NCBI GenBank assembly: GCA_963805625.1
Contig: CAWDVE010000010.1
Span: forward strand, 480,001 to 544,000
Length of the DNA stretch: 64,000 nucleotides
Direction: 5' to 3'
Source: an uncultured Candidatus Rokubacteria bacterium
GTDB taxonomy: Bacteria; Methylomirabilota; Methylomirabilia; Rokubacteriales; DASRDR01
The position numbers were made by a program, and so were the translations under genes. This document shows positions 23,155 to 32,295 of this stretch, in pieces. Under the pieces are notes generated by a model. That model did not search any database. It was not told the origin of the DNA and was given only the letters and a program-made list of their open reading frames with translations. Positions within the stretch are counted from its first letter, which is position 1. Each line of letters starts with the position of its first letter.

Positions 23155-24279
23155 CTACCGGCGCCCGGGCACCGGCGGTGCGGACTTCCGGGTGGCGACG
23201 TCCTGGGCCATGGAGAGCCGCTCGACCTCGACCTCGAAGTCAGTTTGGGAGGTCGCGGTGCGCCGGGCTTCCTCGTAGGAGACCATGCCCTTCTGGTACC
23301 ACTCGATCGCGCTCTGGTTGAACGACTGCATCCCGTACGTGTCCCGGCCTTCGGCGATCACCTGCGAGAGCTGGGCCGTGCGGCTCTGTTCCTCGATGCA
23401 TCGCTGGACGGTCAGCGTTCCGACGAGGATTTCCACCGCGGGGATGAGGCCGGGCTCGTCCGACCGCTGCATGAGCCGCTGCGAGATAACGCCCCGGAGA
23501 ACCTGCCCGAGCTGCTGACGGATCTGGCGCTCGTAGTCCGGTGGGAACTGCGAGACGATCCGGTTGACCGTCTCCGCCGCCGTGATCGTGTGAAGGGTCG
23601 AGAGGACGAGGTGGCCCGTCTCCGCCAACGTCAGCACCGCTGACATCGTCTCGAGGTCTCGCATCTCGCCGACCATGACCACGTTGGGGTCCTGGCGGAG
23701 ACAGATCCGGAGCGCCTCGGCGAATCCGGGCGCGTCCATCCCGACCTCGCGCTGGGTGATGATGCTGCTGCCGTCCTCGAACAGGTACTCGATCGGGTCC
23801 TCGATCGTCACGATGTGATCGGTCCGATTGTGGTTCATGTGGTTGACCATCGAGGCGAGCGTCGTCGTCTTGCCGGAGCCCGCGGGGCCGGTCACCAGGA
23901 CCAGTCCCCTGGGCTCCATGGCCAGCTTCGCCACGATCGGGGGAAGGTGGAGCTCCTCGAAGGTCGGCGGCTCGTACGGCACGACGCGGAGCGCGATGCC
24001 GATGTTGGCGCGAGCCCGGAAGATGCTCGCCCGGAATCGCCCGATCCCGGCCACGGTGTACTGCACGTCCACGCCACCGTCCCGGTCGAAGCGCTGACGC
24101 TGGAGGTTGTTGATCATCGCGCCGGCCATCTGCTCGAGGTCCTTCCCGTCGAGGAGCGGCCAGTTTTCCATGCGCATCAGGTGCCCGCGCACCCGGAGCA
24201 CGGGGTACTGTCGCGCCTTGAGATGGACGTCGGACGCGCCGAGGCTCATGGCCTCTCGCAGGACGCCGGCGAGCTCCAT
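23155..24279 (-). CDS. pilT: PilT/PilU type IV pilus retraction ATPase
   Basis: ASDVHL, GPAGSGKTTT, TIEDPIE, LRQDPNVVMVGEMRD, AETGHLVLSTLHT, GMQSF. Confidence 0.88.
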   Translation of the reverse strand: MELAGVLREAMSLGASDVHLKARQYPVLRVRGHLMRMENWPLLDGKDLEQMAGAMINNLQRQRFDRDGGVDVQYTVAGIGRFRASIFRARANIGIALRVVPYEPPTFEELHLPPIVAKLAMEPRGLVLVTGPAGSGKTTTLASMVNHMNHNRTDHIVTIEDPIEYLFEDGSSIITQREVGMDAPGFAEALRICLRQDPNVVMVGEMRDLETMSAVLTLAETGHLVLSTLHTITAAETVNRIVSQFPPDYERQIRQQLGQVLRGVISQRLMQRSDEPGLIPAVEILVGTLTVQRCIEEQSRTAQLSQVIAEGRDTYGMQSFNQSAIEWYQKGMVSYEEARRTATSQTDFEVEVERLSMAQDVATRKSAPPVPGRR

Positions 24280-24490
24280 CGTTCCTCCCTGCCTATTCCC
24301 GGGTGGGACTCGATTCGCCCGGCCGTGCGGGACGCCCGGCCGAGCTTAGAACGGACTCATTCTCGTCGCCGGTCCCCGTCGAAGTCAAGGTTTGCCGGGG
24401 TGCCCGAAACCCGTGCGAAGATAGCGGGCAGAGACGAGAGCGGACTGGGGCCCGAGCCCGAGCCCCCGGCCGCCTCCGCCCCAACACGCG

Positions 24491-24781
24491 ATGCCGCCCC
24501 TCAGGGTCCTCTTCCGCGCCGCTGGGCGCTCCGCCACCAGATGGATCGCGACGGTCTTCTTCGGGCTCACCCCGAACCTGGCTGCTGCGGACCACGGCGC
24601 GCCGGTGCTCCCTCCGCGAAGCGGTTTCGACTGGACGTCGTGGCTGCTGGTCGCAGGGGCGGTCGCCGCCGTCAGCCTGGCGGCGTGGGCGTTCTTCGCG
24701 CCCGATCGCACGGAGGCCCGCCCGGGAGCCATGGCGCCCGGCGGATCGGAGCCGGAGCCCCCGGACCCCACGACGCGATGA
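24491..24781 (+). CDS. Small exported/membrane protein upstream of copD
   Basis: Signal-like N-terminus, ADHG after the putative cleavage site, one C-terminal TM helix. Confidence 0.5.
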   Translation: MPPLRVLFRAAGRSATRWIATVFFGLTPNLAAADHGAPVLPPRSGFDWTSWLLVAGAVAAVSLAAWAFFAPDRTEARPGAMAPGGSEPEPPDPTTR

Positions 24782-24839
24782 TCTGCGTCGCCGCGCGCGC
24801 ATGGCCGGGCGCCGGCCTCCTCGTCCCCTGATCTCGTTC

Positions 24840-26879
24840 ATGGGGACTGCTGCGATCGCCGTACGCTGGCTCTACACGGCCGGGGCCGTCTCGCTCGTCG
24901 GCGCCTTCGCGTCGCTCGTCCTGGTGGCGCGCCCCGCGGCTCGCGCCGCAGGCGACGTCGGGCGCGAGCGGCTTCGGGAGCTGGACATCCGCCTTCTCGC
25001 GCTCGGCGGGGCCGCTCTCGCAGTGACCGTCGGAGCTGGGGTGCTCGACCTCTGGCGCCAGGTTGGGGTGGCCACGGGCGCGGGCGCCTGGGAGAGCCTG
25101 GAGCGTAGCCGTCTCCTGTCCGTCCTTGTCGACACCCGCTACGGCACGGTCTGGCTCGCGCGGATGGGACTGCTGGCCCTCCTGGGGGCACTGCTTCTCC
25201 TGACGGGCGAGGATCGCGAGCGTGACTGGCTCGCGCTGCGCCTTCAGGCTCTCGCCCTGGCGGTAGCCAGCCTGGTCCTCGGCGCCATGGCCGGGCACGC
25301 CGCCGCCGCCGAGAGCAGCACACTTGCGATGGCCCTCGATGGGCTCCACCTCCTGGCCACCGGCGTGTGGGCTGGCGGCCTCGTCCCGCTCGGTCTCTGC
25401 CTCACATGGGCGCGCCGCCTTCCGAGCTCCGCCGCCGCTGCCAAGGCGGCCGAGCGCTTCTCGAGAATGGGCCTGGGCACCGTGACGGTTCTCACTGCGA
25501 CCGGGACCTACGCCGCCTGGCAGCAAGTAGGCGGAGTGCCTGCCTTCGTCGGGACCGCGTACGGGCGCTGGCTCCTCCTGAAGCTGGTCCTCTTCGGAGC
25601 GCTCCTTGCCCTGGCGGCGCGAAACCTGCTCGTCTGGCGTCGCCGGCTTGCGACATCGGGCCCTGGGACACCGGAGGCGGTGGCCGCGCTCCGGAGCAAC
25701 GTGCTTCTGGAGGCGGCGCTGGTTGCGGGGATCCTCGTCGTCGTGGCGGTGATCGGCCTCACCACCCCGGGACAGCACGACGAGATCGCGTGGCCGCTGT
25801 CGTTCCGGTTCGACTGGGCGGCCACTAAGGCGCTCCCCGGGGTCCAGACTCGCGTCGCGATCGGGAGCCAGGTGGCGACCCTTGGACTGGTGGCACTGCT
25901 GCTGGTGCTGGTGATCCGGCCCCGGCGCTGGCGCGTGGCCGCGCTCGGTGGGGGCATCGCGCTGGCCCTTGGCGCCGTGCTGGCGCTCCATCCGCTGGCC
26001 GTCGACGCGTACCCCGCGACGTACGTGCGGCCCGCGGTGCCGTATGCGGCCGCCTCCATCGTGCAGGGCGAGGGCCTCTACCGGACGCACTGCCAGGCGT
26101 GCCACGGGGTCGCCGGCTACGGAGACGGACCGGCGAGCGTGGGTCTTCCCCGCCCACCCGCGGACCTCACGGCCCAGCACGCGGCGGACCACACAGCGGG
26201 CGATCTCTTCTGGTGGCTCACCCGTGGCATCCCGGGCTCCGGCATGCCGGGCGTCGCCGACCAGCTCACACCCGAGGCGCGCTGGGATGTGATCAACTTC
26301 GTGCGTGCCCTCGGCGCGGCCGAGCGCTCCCGGGACCTCGGTCCGATCGCCACCGTGCGACCGGCTGCGGTCGCCCCGGATTTCACGTTCACGACGGGAG
26401 TGGGTGAGGGGCGCGCGCTGCGGGATTGGCGCGGCCGCGGGATCGTGCTGCTGGTCTTTTTCACACTGCCCGACTCCGTCGATCGCCTCGTGGAACTGAA
26501 CCGCCTCTCGGTTGCGCTGAAGCTTCGCGGCGGCGAGATCCTGGGCGTGCCGCTCGGGGATCCGGCAGGCGTGTACCGCGCTCTCGGCGGCCGGACCGTC
26601 TTCTTCCCGATAGCCATCGACGGCGCGGCGGAGGCCGGGGCGGCCTACATGCAGTTCCGGCGCGATCTGACGGCCGAGGGGCTCAGACCGGAACCTCCGC
26701 CGGCCCGGCACATGGAGCTCCTCGTCGACCGCCAGGGCTACCTCAGGGCTCGCTGGATCCCGCGGCGTCTCGGCCAGGACACGGATGGCTGGGCCGACCT
26801 CGGACCGCTTCTCGCCGAGATCGACCGGCTGGCGCGCGAGGTTCCGGTCGCCCCCCTGGCGGCTGAGCACGTGCACTGA
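24840..26879 (+). CDS. CopD - cytochrome c - redoxin-like fusion protein
   Basis: CopD motifs (AMAGHAAA, DGLHLLATGVWAGGL, YGRWLLLK), heme motif CQACHG with GMPG, thioredoxin-like domain lacking CxxC, C-terminal EHVH. Confidence 0.85.
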   Translation: MGTAAIAVRWLYTAGAVSLVGAFASLVLVARPAARAAGDVGRERLRELDIRLLALGGAALAVTVGAGVLDLWRQVGVATGAGAWESLERSRLLSVLVDTRYGTVWLARMGLLALLGALLLLTGEDRERDWLALRLQALALAVASLVLGAMAGHAAAAESSTLAMALDGLHLLATGVWAGGLVPLGLCLTWARRLPSSAAAAKAAERFSRMGLGTVTVLTATGTYAAWQQVGGVPAFVGTAYGRWLLLKLVLFGALLALAARNLLVWRRRLATSGPGTPEAVAALRSNVLLEAALVAGILVVVAVIGLTTPGQHDEIAWPLSFRFDWAATKALPGVQTRVAIGSQVATLGLVALLLVLVIRPRRWRVAALGGGIALALGAVLALHPLAVDAYPATYVRPAVPYAAASIVQGEGLYRTHCQACHGVAGYGDGPASVGLPRPPADLTAQHAADHTAGDLFWWLTRGIPGSGMPGVADQLTPEARWDVINFVRALGAAERSRDLGPIATVRPAAVAPDFTFTTGVGEGRALRDWRGRGIVLLVFFTLPDSVDRLVELNRLSVALKLRGGEILGVPLGDPAGVYRALGGRTVFFPIAIDGAAEAGAAYMQFRRDLTAEGLRPEPPPARHMELLVDRQGYLRARWIPRRLGQDTDGWADLGPLLAEIDRLAREVPVAPLAAEHVH

Positions 26880-26907
26880 GCCACGTAAGCCTGCGGGCGG
26901 ACGCCGA

Positions 26908-27285
26908 ATGATGCGGCTCTGGAAGGTCGTGCTGCTGCTGAATCTCGCGCTCGCGGTGGGGGTGGGTCTGGGCTACCTCCGGTGGGCACGCGAGGTCCGG
27001 GGCCTGCGGGACGAGGTCGCGCGGCTCCGCGCGGAGGCAACCCGACCGAACCCCCAGTCGTGGACGGTCCGCGGCATCGTGCGCTCGATGATTCCAAAGC
27101 TCGGCGCCATCTTCCTCACGCACGAGGCGATGCCCGGGCTCATGGACGCGATGACCATGGGCTTCGAGGCCGAGGATCCAAAGCTCCTGGACGGCCTCGC
27201 GCCGGGAGACTCCGTGCGCTTCACCGTCCGGAGGGACGGCGAGCGGCTCGTGCTCGTCAAGATCGAAAAGACGCGAGTGCCGTGA
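26908..27285 (+). CDS. CusF-like copper-binding protein
   Basis: LTHEAMPGLMDAMTMGF...GDSVRFTV OB-fold Cu(I) site; N-terminal membrane anchor. Confidence 0.8.
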   Translation: MMRLWKVVLLLNLALAVGVGLGYLRWAREVRGLRDEVARLRAEATRPNPQSWTVRGIVRSMIPKLGAIFLTHEAMPGLMDAMTMGFEAEDPKLLDGLAPGDSVRFTVRRDGERLVLVKIEKTRVP

Positions 27286-27701
27286 CGTCTCGCAACTGGG
27301 TGGGTCTGCTTGCCGCCGGCGGCCTGGCCATCGCGCTCGGTGGCGGGACGGCGGCCCACGCGATTCACGTCTCCACCGACGTCCCGCTGTCCATTGCGTC
27401 CGAGGACGTCCAGCGATACCGGGAAGCCGGCGAGGACGTTGTGGTGATCGACCTCCGCACACCGGAAGCCTTCCGGGCCGGCCACGTGCCCCGTGCGAGG
27501 TCCTTGCCCCTGGGGGAGGTTCGACAGCGTGAGGCGGAGATCCCGCGCACCGGCCGGGTGGTCCTCTATGCCGGCACGCCCGAGGAGGCGGCAGCCGCCT
27601 ACCAGGCGCTGCGAGAGGCGGGACACCGGAACGTCATGGTGCTGACGGGCGGGCTTCCCGCGTGGGTGCGCCTCGGATTCCCGGTGGAGACGGGGCGATG
27701 A
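27282..27701 (+). CDS. Exported rhodanese-like domain protein lacking the catalytic Cys
   Basis: IDLR, GHVPRARSLP, VVLYAGTP (Ala at the Cys position), LTGGLPAW. Confidence 0.78.
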   Translation: MTSRNWVGLLAAGGLAIALGGGTAAHAIHVSTDVPLSIASEDVQRYREAGEDVVVIDLRTPEAFRAGHVPRARSLPLGEVRQREAEIPRTGRVVLYAGTPEEAAAAYQALREAGHRNVMVLTGGLPAWVRLGFPVETGR

Positions 27702-28069
27702 GCCGCGATCACCGGGGCCTGCTGGGGCACCACGGGGCCGTTGTCGTCGTGCTGGCGCTGGCCCTGGCGACCCGGCTGGCGATGGCTCAGGCGCCGGGCG
27801 GCGCCATTGAGGAGCAGGTGCTCGTCGACAACGATACGGTGCGCGTGGCGCTCCTCATGTTCCCGCCCGGCTCCGCGTCGGGCGAGCACGTGGGCCTCGA
27901 CCCGGAGCTCGGCATCGTCCTCGAGGGCGAGCTGACCCTCCTCACGCCCGCCGGCCGCGAGGTGCTCGGCCCGGGTCGGGTCCGCTGGCTCCCGGCCCTT
28001 GTGCCGCACGACGCGCGCAACGAAGGCTCCCTGCCCCTCAGGCTCTGGGTCGTTCTGGTGAAGCGTTGA
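27698..28069 (+). CDS. Exported cupin domain protein
   Basis: Signal peptide; PPGSASGEHV, VLEGEL, PHDARN. Confidence 0.72.
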   Translation: MSRDHRGLLGHHGAVVVVLALALATRLAMAQAPGGAIEEQVLVDNDTVRVALLMFPPGSASGEHVGLDPELGIVLEGELTLLTPAGREVLGPGRVRWLPALVPHDARNEGSLPLRLWVVLVKR

Positions 28070-28293
28070 CCGTCGGGTCGGACACCGGCAAGTCGAGCCG
28101 GCGCACGGCGGGCGCCAGCCGCTCGAACCGCTTTCCCGGGTAGTTGCGGCGCGTGTACTCGACCAGCGCCGTCACGAACTCCTTCGCATAGGGAGGCAGG
28201 AACCGGCTGAGAGACGTTCAGACGGGTCGCCGCCCGTGAGAAGCTGAGCGCCTCGGCGACGCCTACGAAGTAGCGGAGATGCCTGAGCTCCAT
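28038..28293 (-). pseudogene. Internally deleted LysR regulator
   Basis: MELRHLRYFVGVAEALSFSRAATRLNVSQP HTH start, joined out of frame at ~28205 to a LysR-like tail RFLPPYAKEFVTALVEYT. Confidence 0.7.
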
Positions 28294-28416
28294 CGGGCGA
28301 GATCCATGCCGGTCCGCTATACATAGCAGAACTTCTTGGCATTGGACAGCATGGAAGGTCGGGCGCTGATATGGGACCGTCCCCGGCGGCGGCCGGGGGA
28401 CCGGAGGGAGGGGCGC

Positions 28417-28983
28417 ATGGCAGAGGGCGGGTACAACCTGGTCGAGTTCGTCAGACATCTCCGGACCATCGCAACCGAGACCCGGGATCCCGGCGAGATC
28501 ACGCAGCGCCTGCAGCCGCTGGTCCGGGTGCTCGCGCTGGACCGGACGTGGCTAGAGCCGAAGCACTACACCGGCGACGACACACAGGGGTTCGGGGTGC
28601 ACGTTCTCCACGAGGAGCCCGATCACACCCTCCTGGTTTTCGCCGCGGCTTGGTTGCCCGGGCGCGGCGCCCGTCCGCACAACCACGGCACCTGGGCCGT
28701 CGTGGCGGGCGTGGATGGGCCGGAGCGAAACATCTTCTGGCAGCGCATGGACGACGGCTCACGGCCGGGCTACGCGAAGATCCGCAAGCAGGCTGAAAAG
28801 GTGTTCGGTCCGGGGGACGTCCTCGCCCTCCTGCCCGATGCGATTCACAGTGTCGTGAACGAGAGCGGCCAGGTCACAGTGTCCCTCCACGTCTACGGCT
28901 ACAACCTCAACCTGGCCAAGCGCTCCGAGTTCGATCCTGAGCATGACGTGGAGCGACCCGTGCGGCTGAGGATGGAGTCCTGA
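28417..28983 (+). CDS. Cysteine/thiol dioxygenase family protein
   Basis: PHNHGTWAVV (HxH), AIHSV, SLHVYG Ser-His-Tyr motif; GGAGG Shine-Dalgarno before the ATG. Confidence 0.82.
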   Translation: MAEGGYNLVEFVRHLRTIATETRDPGEITQRLQPLVRVLALDRTWLEPKHYTGDDTQGFGVHVLHEEPDHTLLVFAAAWLPGRGARPHNHGTWAVVAGVDGPERNIFWQRMDDGSRPGYAKIRKQAEKVFGPGDVLALLPDAIHSVVNESGQVTVSLHVYGYNLNLAKRSEFDPEHDVERPVRLRMES

Positions 28984-29080
28984 CGCCGGCCGGAGGCAAC
29001 GCCGCAACACGGGTGGTGCGTGGGGGGGTCTAGATCAATCGACCGAGCGCGGAGGGGGGGTGCCCCCAGGAGGACTGGCC

Positions 29081-29509
29081 ATGAAGCGAATCGGTAGGGC
29101 TTTCGTCTTGACCCTGATCGTGGGGATCGCCTACGGGCTGGTCGGAGCGCAGGCTCTGACTGCGCAGGAGGCGCCCGTGACGCGCCAAGTCCTGGAGAAG
29201 GTCGATTTCGGCGACAAGGAAGGAATCCTCTACGTGGCCGAGTTCGCCCCGCGGGGATCTACGGGGCGGCACTTTCACTCCGGGCCGGAAACGGTCTACG
29301 TCGTACAGGGCTCCGGGACCCTCGAGATGGACGGCCATCCACCAAGGGCATTCAAGGCGGGCGAGTCCTTCTCAATCCCCGCGAAGCACGTTCACGAGGC
29401 CAAGAACGCCAGCGACTCCGACCAGTGGAAGCTGGTCGTCTTCCTCTCGGGTGAAAAGGGTCAGCCCATCGTGACGGCGGTGACGCAGCCGTACTTCTGG
29501 GAGCCATAG
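29081..29509 (+). CDS. Exported cupin domain protein
   Basis: Signal peptide; GRHFHSGPETVYV, PAKHVHEAKN. Confidence 0.8.
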   Translation: MKRIGRAFVLTLIVGIAYGLVGAQALTAQEAPVTRQVLEKVDFGDKEGILYVAEFAPRGSTGRHFHSGPETVYVVQGSGTLEMDGHPPRAFKAGESFSIPAKHVHEAKNASDSDQWKLVVFLSGEKGQPIVTAVTQPYFWEP

Positions 29510-29532
29510 GGCTCACGTGGCGCTCTCGCCTC

Positions 29533-30006
29533 TCAGCCTCGCCGGCGGGTCCACGCTTGCCCGATAAGGTGATCGAGCGAGATCGCGCCCGGCCCCCGCG
29601 TCAGCAGGAACAGGAGGATGGAACCCCAGACGAGATGCTCGGGCCAGGCGTCCGGGTACACGAATAGCTGGATCGTCGCGATCATTCCGAGGAGCGGGAG
29701 CGTGGCCAGGCGGGTGCCGAGCCCGAGGATGAGCAGCGTGGAGCAGCCGAGCTCGAACGTGGTCGCGAATGTGGCCGCGAGCTCGGCTGGAAAGACCGGT
29801 ACCCGATACTCGTCCCGGAACAGGGCGACCGTCGACTCCCAGCTCGACGCTTTCGTCATGCCCGCCCTCATGAAGACGCTGGCCATTCCCAGACGGAACA
29901 GCAGCTGGTGGATCGAGAGCGGCACCCGCGCCAGCCAGTCGAGCCAGCGGGTCACGCCGGCGCGGGGGTGCGCGCCCATCTCCTCGTACATCGCCGTCGT
30001 CCTCAT
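29533..30006 (-). CDS. DoxX family membrane protein (BufD-like)
   Basis: LFRDEYRVP, LGLGTRLA, IQLFVYP, GPGAISLD. Confidence 0.88.
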   Translation of the reverse strand: MRTTAMYEEMGAHPRAGVTRWLDWLARVPLSIHQLLFRLGMASVFMRAGMTKASSWESTVALFRDEYRVPVFPAELAATFATTFELGCSTLLILGLGTRLATLPLLGMIATIQLFVYPDAWPEHLVWGSILLFLLTRGPGAISLDHLIGQAWTRRRG

Positions 30007-30806
30007 CGCGAGTCTCCTTCCTGAGGCGCCTCGGGGACGAGCGTGAAGCCGGTTAAGAGCCCCTCTCCGAGCAGTGCCCGGAGGGCCGTCGTCATGTCGA
30101 ACCCGGGGTCTGCGGCGAGGGATAGGTCCGCGGCCATCTCGAGCGTCAGGCCCTGGCCGAGCGCCGCCCGGAACGCGAACTCCGCAGCGTCGAGGCGTCT
30201 CAGGGTGACGCCGTCATCCTGACGGCGAGTTTCCAGCATCACCCCACCCGCGGCGAGGTCCACGGTGGCGTCCGGGTCGGCCTCGGCTTGGTTTGCCTTC
30301 CAGATGCGATCGACCGGCCAGCGTGATCGGAGCCAGGTCGCGGACGGCTCGAACCGGAAGATGAGACGTCCCACGTCATCCGTGGGCACCGCCCCCAGCG
30401 CGGCCGGATCGATCGGGGCGGCCTCCTCCGCGTGCAGGGCGGCGTTCATCGCCCACTCCAGCCGGGCGACGTCGGCCAGGTACGGGTTCCCAGCACACGG
30501 GGGGAATGTCGCGAGGAAGTCGGGGAAGGTCGCGCCGTACTCGAACAGGCAGGGGCCCTCGGGCGGGTGGCGTCGAATGTAGCGGTTCGCCGCGAAGCCG
30601 AAGAACCGTCGATCCACGAGGCGGCAGACCACGGGATAGGTTGCCTCGAGCGCTTCCGTGAGGCTCGAGAAGACGTGGTTCCAGTAGACCTGGACTCGCG
30701 CGACGGGGGTCAGGCCATCCCCGACGATCAGACTCGCGACCCCGTGCGCGTCCTCCCGGAGGATGGCGGCCGCGAAGCCAGCCTGGAGGTCAGGCAGCGT
30801 CCGCAT
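30003..30806 (-). CDS. DUF2063 MNIO partner protein (BufC/HvfC-like)
   Basis: RVQVYWNH, LEATYPVV, EYGATFPDFL, YLADVARLEWA. Confidence 0.87.
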   Translation of the reverse strand: MRTLPDLQAGFAAAILREDAHGVASLIVGDGLTPVARVQVYWNHVFSSLTEALEATYPVVCRLVDRRFFGFAANRYIRRHPPEGPCLFEYGATFPDFLATFPPCAGNPYLADVARLEWAMNAALHAEEAAPIDPAALGAVPTDDVGRLIFRFEPSATWLRSRWPVDRIWKANQAEADPDATVDLAAGGVMLETRRQDDGVTLRRLDAAEFAFRAALGQGLTLEMAADLSLAADPGFDMTTALRALLGEGLLTGFTLVPEAPQEGDSR

Positions 30807-31665
30807 TGCTCATCCTGTCCAGGAGCCGCGCATCGGCCCGTCGGGCCTCCCCGAGTAGGACCTCGAGCGGCGGAATGTCTGTGTCCCACTCGACAAGCGT
30901 CGGCAGCGCGCCGAAGCGGCGAAGCGCGTGCTCGTAGAGCTCCCACACCGCCGGGGTGACCGGCGAGCCGTGGTCGTCGATGAGGAGCTTCTGACCGTCC
31001 GCGTCGTTCACCGAGTGCCCTGCAAGGTGGATCTCCGCCACCGCGCTGCGCGGGAGGGCGTCGAGGTACGCGAGGGGATCGAGGCCGAGATTCTGCGCCG
31101 TCACGTGGACGTTGTTGACGTCGCAAAGGAGCCCGCATCCGGTCCGGCGAGCGAGCTCCGCCAGGAAGTCGGCCTCGGGAATCGTCGAGGCCGCGAACCG
31201 AAGGTAGCCGGAGGGGTTCTCGATCAGGACGCGCCGACCCAGGGTCGCCTGGACCTCGTCGACGTTCCGGCAGACCGCCCCAAGCGACTCCTCCGTGTAG
31301 GGCAGCGGAAGCAGATGGTTCAGATACGCGCCCCCGGTTCGGCTCCACGCGAGGTGCTCCGACACGAGGGCAGGCTGGAATCGGTCCACGAGACTCTTGA
31401 GCCGCCCCAGATGCCGCCGGTCCACCCCGTCGGCGCTTCCGACCGAGAGCCCGACCGCGTGGAACGACAGCGGGTACTCCTGACGGACCGCGAGGAGGGC
31501 GCGTACCGCCGGCCCCCCGCCGAGGTAGTTCTCCGGATGGACCTCCAGCCAGGGAAGCGCGGGACGGGTGGCGAGCACCTCGGCGATGTGCGGGCTCCGA
31601 AGCCCGATCCCGGCCCGCGCCGGGAGGCCAGGCCCGGAGGCGGCCGCCGCGGCCACGCCACCCAT
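30790..31665 (-). CDS. DUF692 multinuclear non-heme iron oxidative enzyme (MNIO, BufB-like)
   Basis: GIGLRSPH, EVHPENY, SEHLAWS, IENPS, LLCDVNN, EIHLAGH, IDDHG, TLVEWD. Confidence 0.92.
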   Translation of the reverse strand: MGGVAAAAASGPGLPARAGIGLRSPHIAEVLATRPALPWLEVHPENYLGGGPAVRALLAVRQEYPLSFHAVGLSVGSADGVDRRHLGRLKSLVDRFQPALVSEHLAWSRTGGAYLNHLLPLPYTEESLGAVCRNVDEVQATLGRRVLIENPSGYLRFAASTIPEADFLAELARRTGCGLLCDVNNVHVTAQNLGLDPLAYLDALPRSAVAEIHLAGHSVNDADGQKLLIDDHGSPVTPAVWELYEHALRRFGALPTLVEWDTDIPPLEVLLGEARRADARLLDRMSNADAA

Positions 31666-31688
31666 CCGCAGCGCTCCGACCTGACTCC

Positions 31689-31952
31689 CTAGGCTCTGGG
31701 CTGCGTGCTGCCGTTGACGAGGCGCTCGCACGTCCCCTTGGGGACGTAGACCCACGCATCCCGCTGACCGTCCCGCTTCGATGTCCCCGCGCACGAGGAG
31801 TTGGCGGTTTGGCAGTCGTTCTTGCCCGCCTTGGTGATGCCGTAGCACTTCTCGGCCTCGAACTTCGGTGCCGGCGCCGGCTGGGCCCCGGTGACGGCGG
31901 GGACCGCGATCGCCGCGGCGATGGCTGAGGCGAGGAACAGATGGGTCTTCAT
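31689..31952 (-). CDS. DUF2282 bufferin-type RiPP precursor (BufA1-like)
   Basis: Signal peptide, then EKCYGITKAGKNDC...SCAG...AWVYVPKGTC with four Cys. Confidence 0.9.
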   Translation of the reverse strand: MKTHLFLASAIAAAIAVPAVTGAQPAPAPKFEAEKCYGITKAGKNDCQTANSSCAGTSKRDGQRDAWVYVPKGTCERLVNGSTQPRA

Positions 31953-32295
31953 CAGGTCATCCTCCTTCCAACGGATCAAGGGTGTGTACGTGCTCCGCTC
32001 CCACATTTCCAGGCGCGCGCTTCGCTGCTCGGCCAGTCCATCTCCTTAGACACGCCGATCGGCGCTGGCGCTTCGCCCCGGCGGAGTCGGCCGCCGGCCC
32101 GCGCTCCCCCGAGTCTCACCCGGCCCGCCTGCCATGGTGTCACGGAGGTGTGAAATCGAAGGGCGCCAGGGCCGGTCGGGTGGATCGAGGCCGGCGATCC
32201 AGCCCGATCGGGAAAGGCGCCGGGTCCGCTCCTCCCAGGGCTCCCGGGGCTCAAAATTGTTCGAGGGTCGCCGGAGTCGCCGAGACCCAGAGACG

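Noticed and set aside
31960-32060. SigF/ECF promoter for the bufferin precursor
   Set aside because: No GTAAC-N16-CGAA match; only a weak GGAAA...CGTA resemblance
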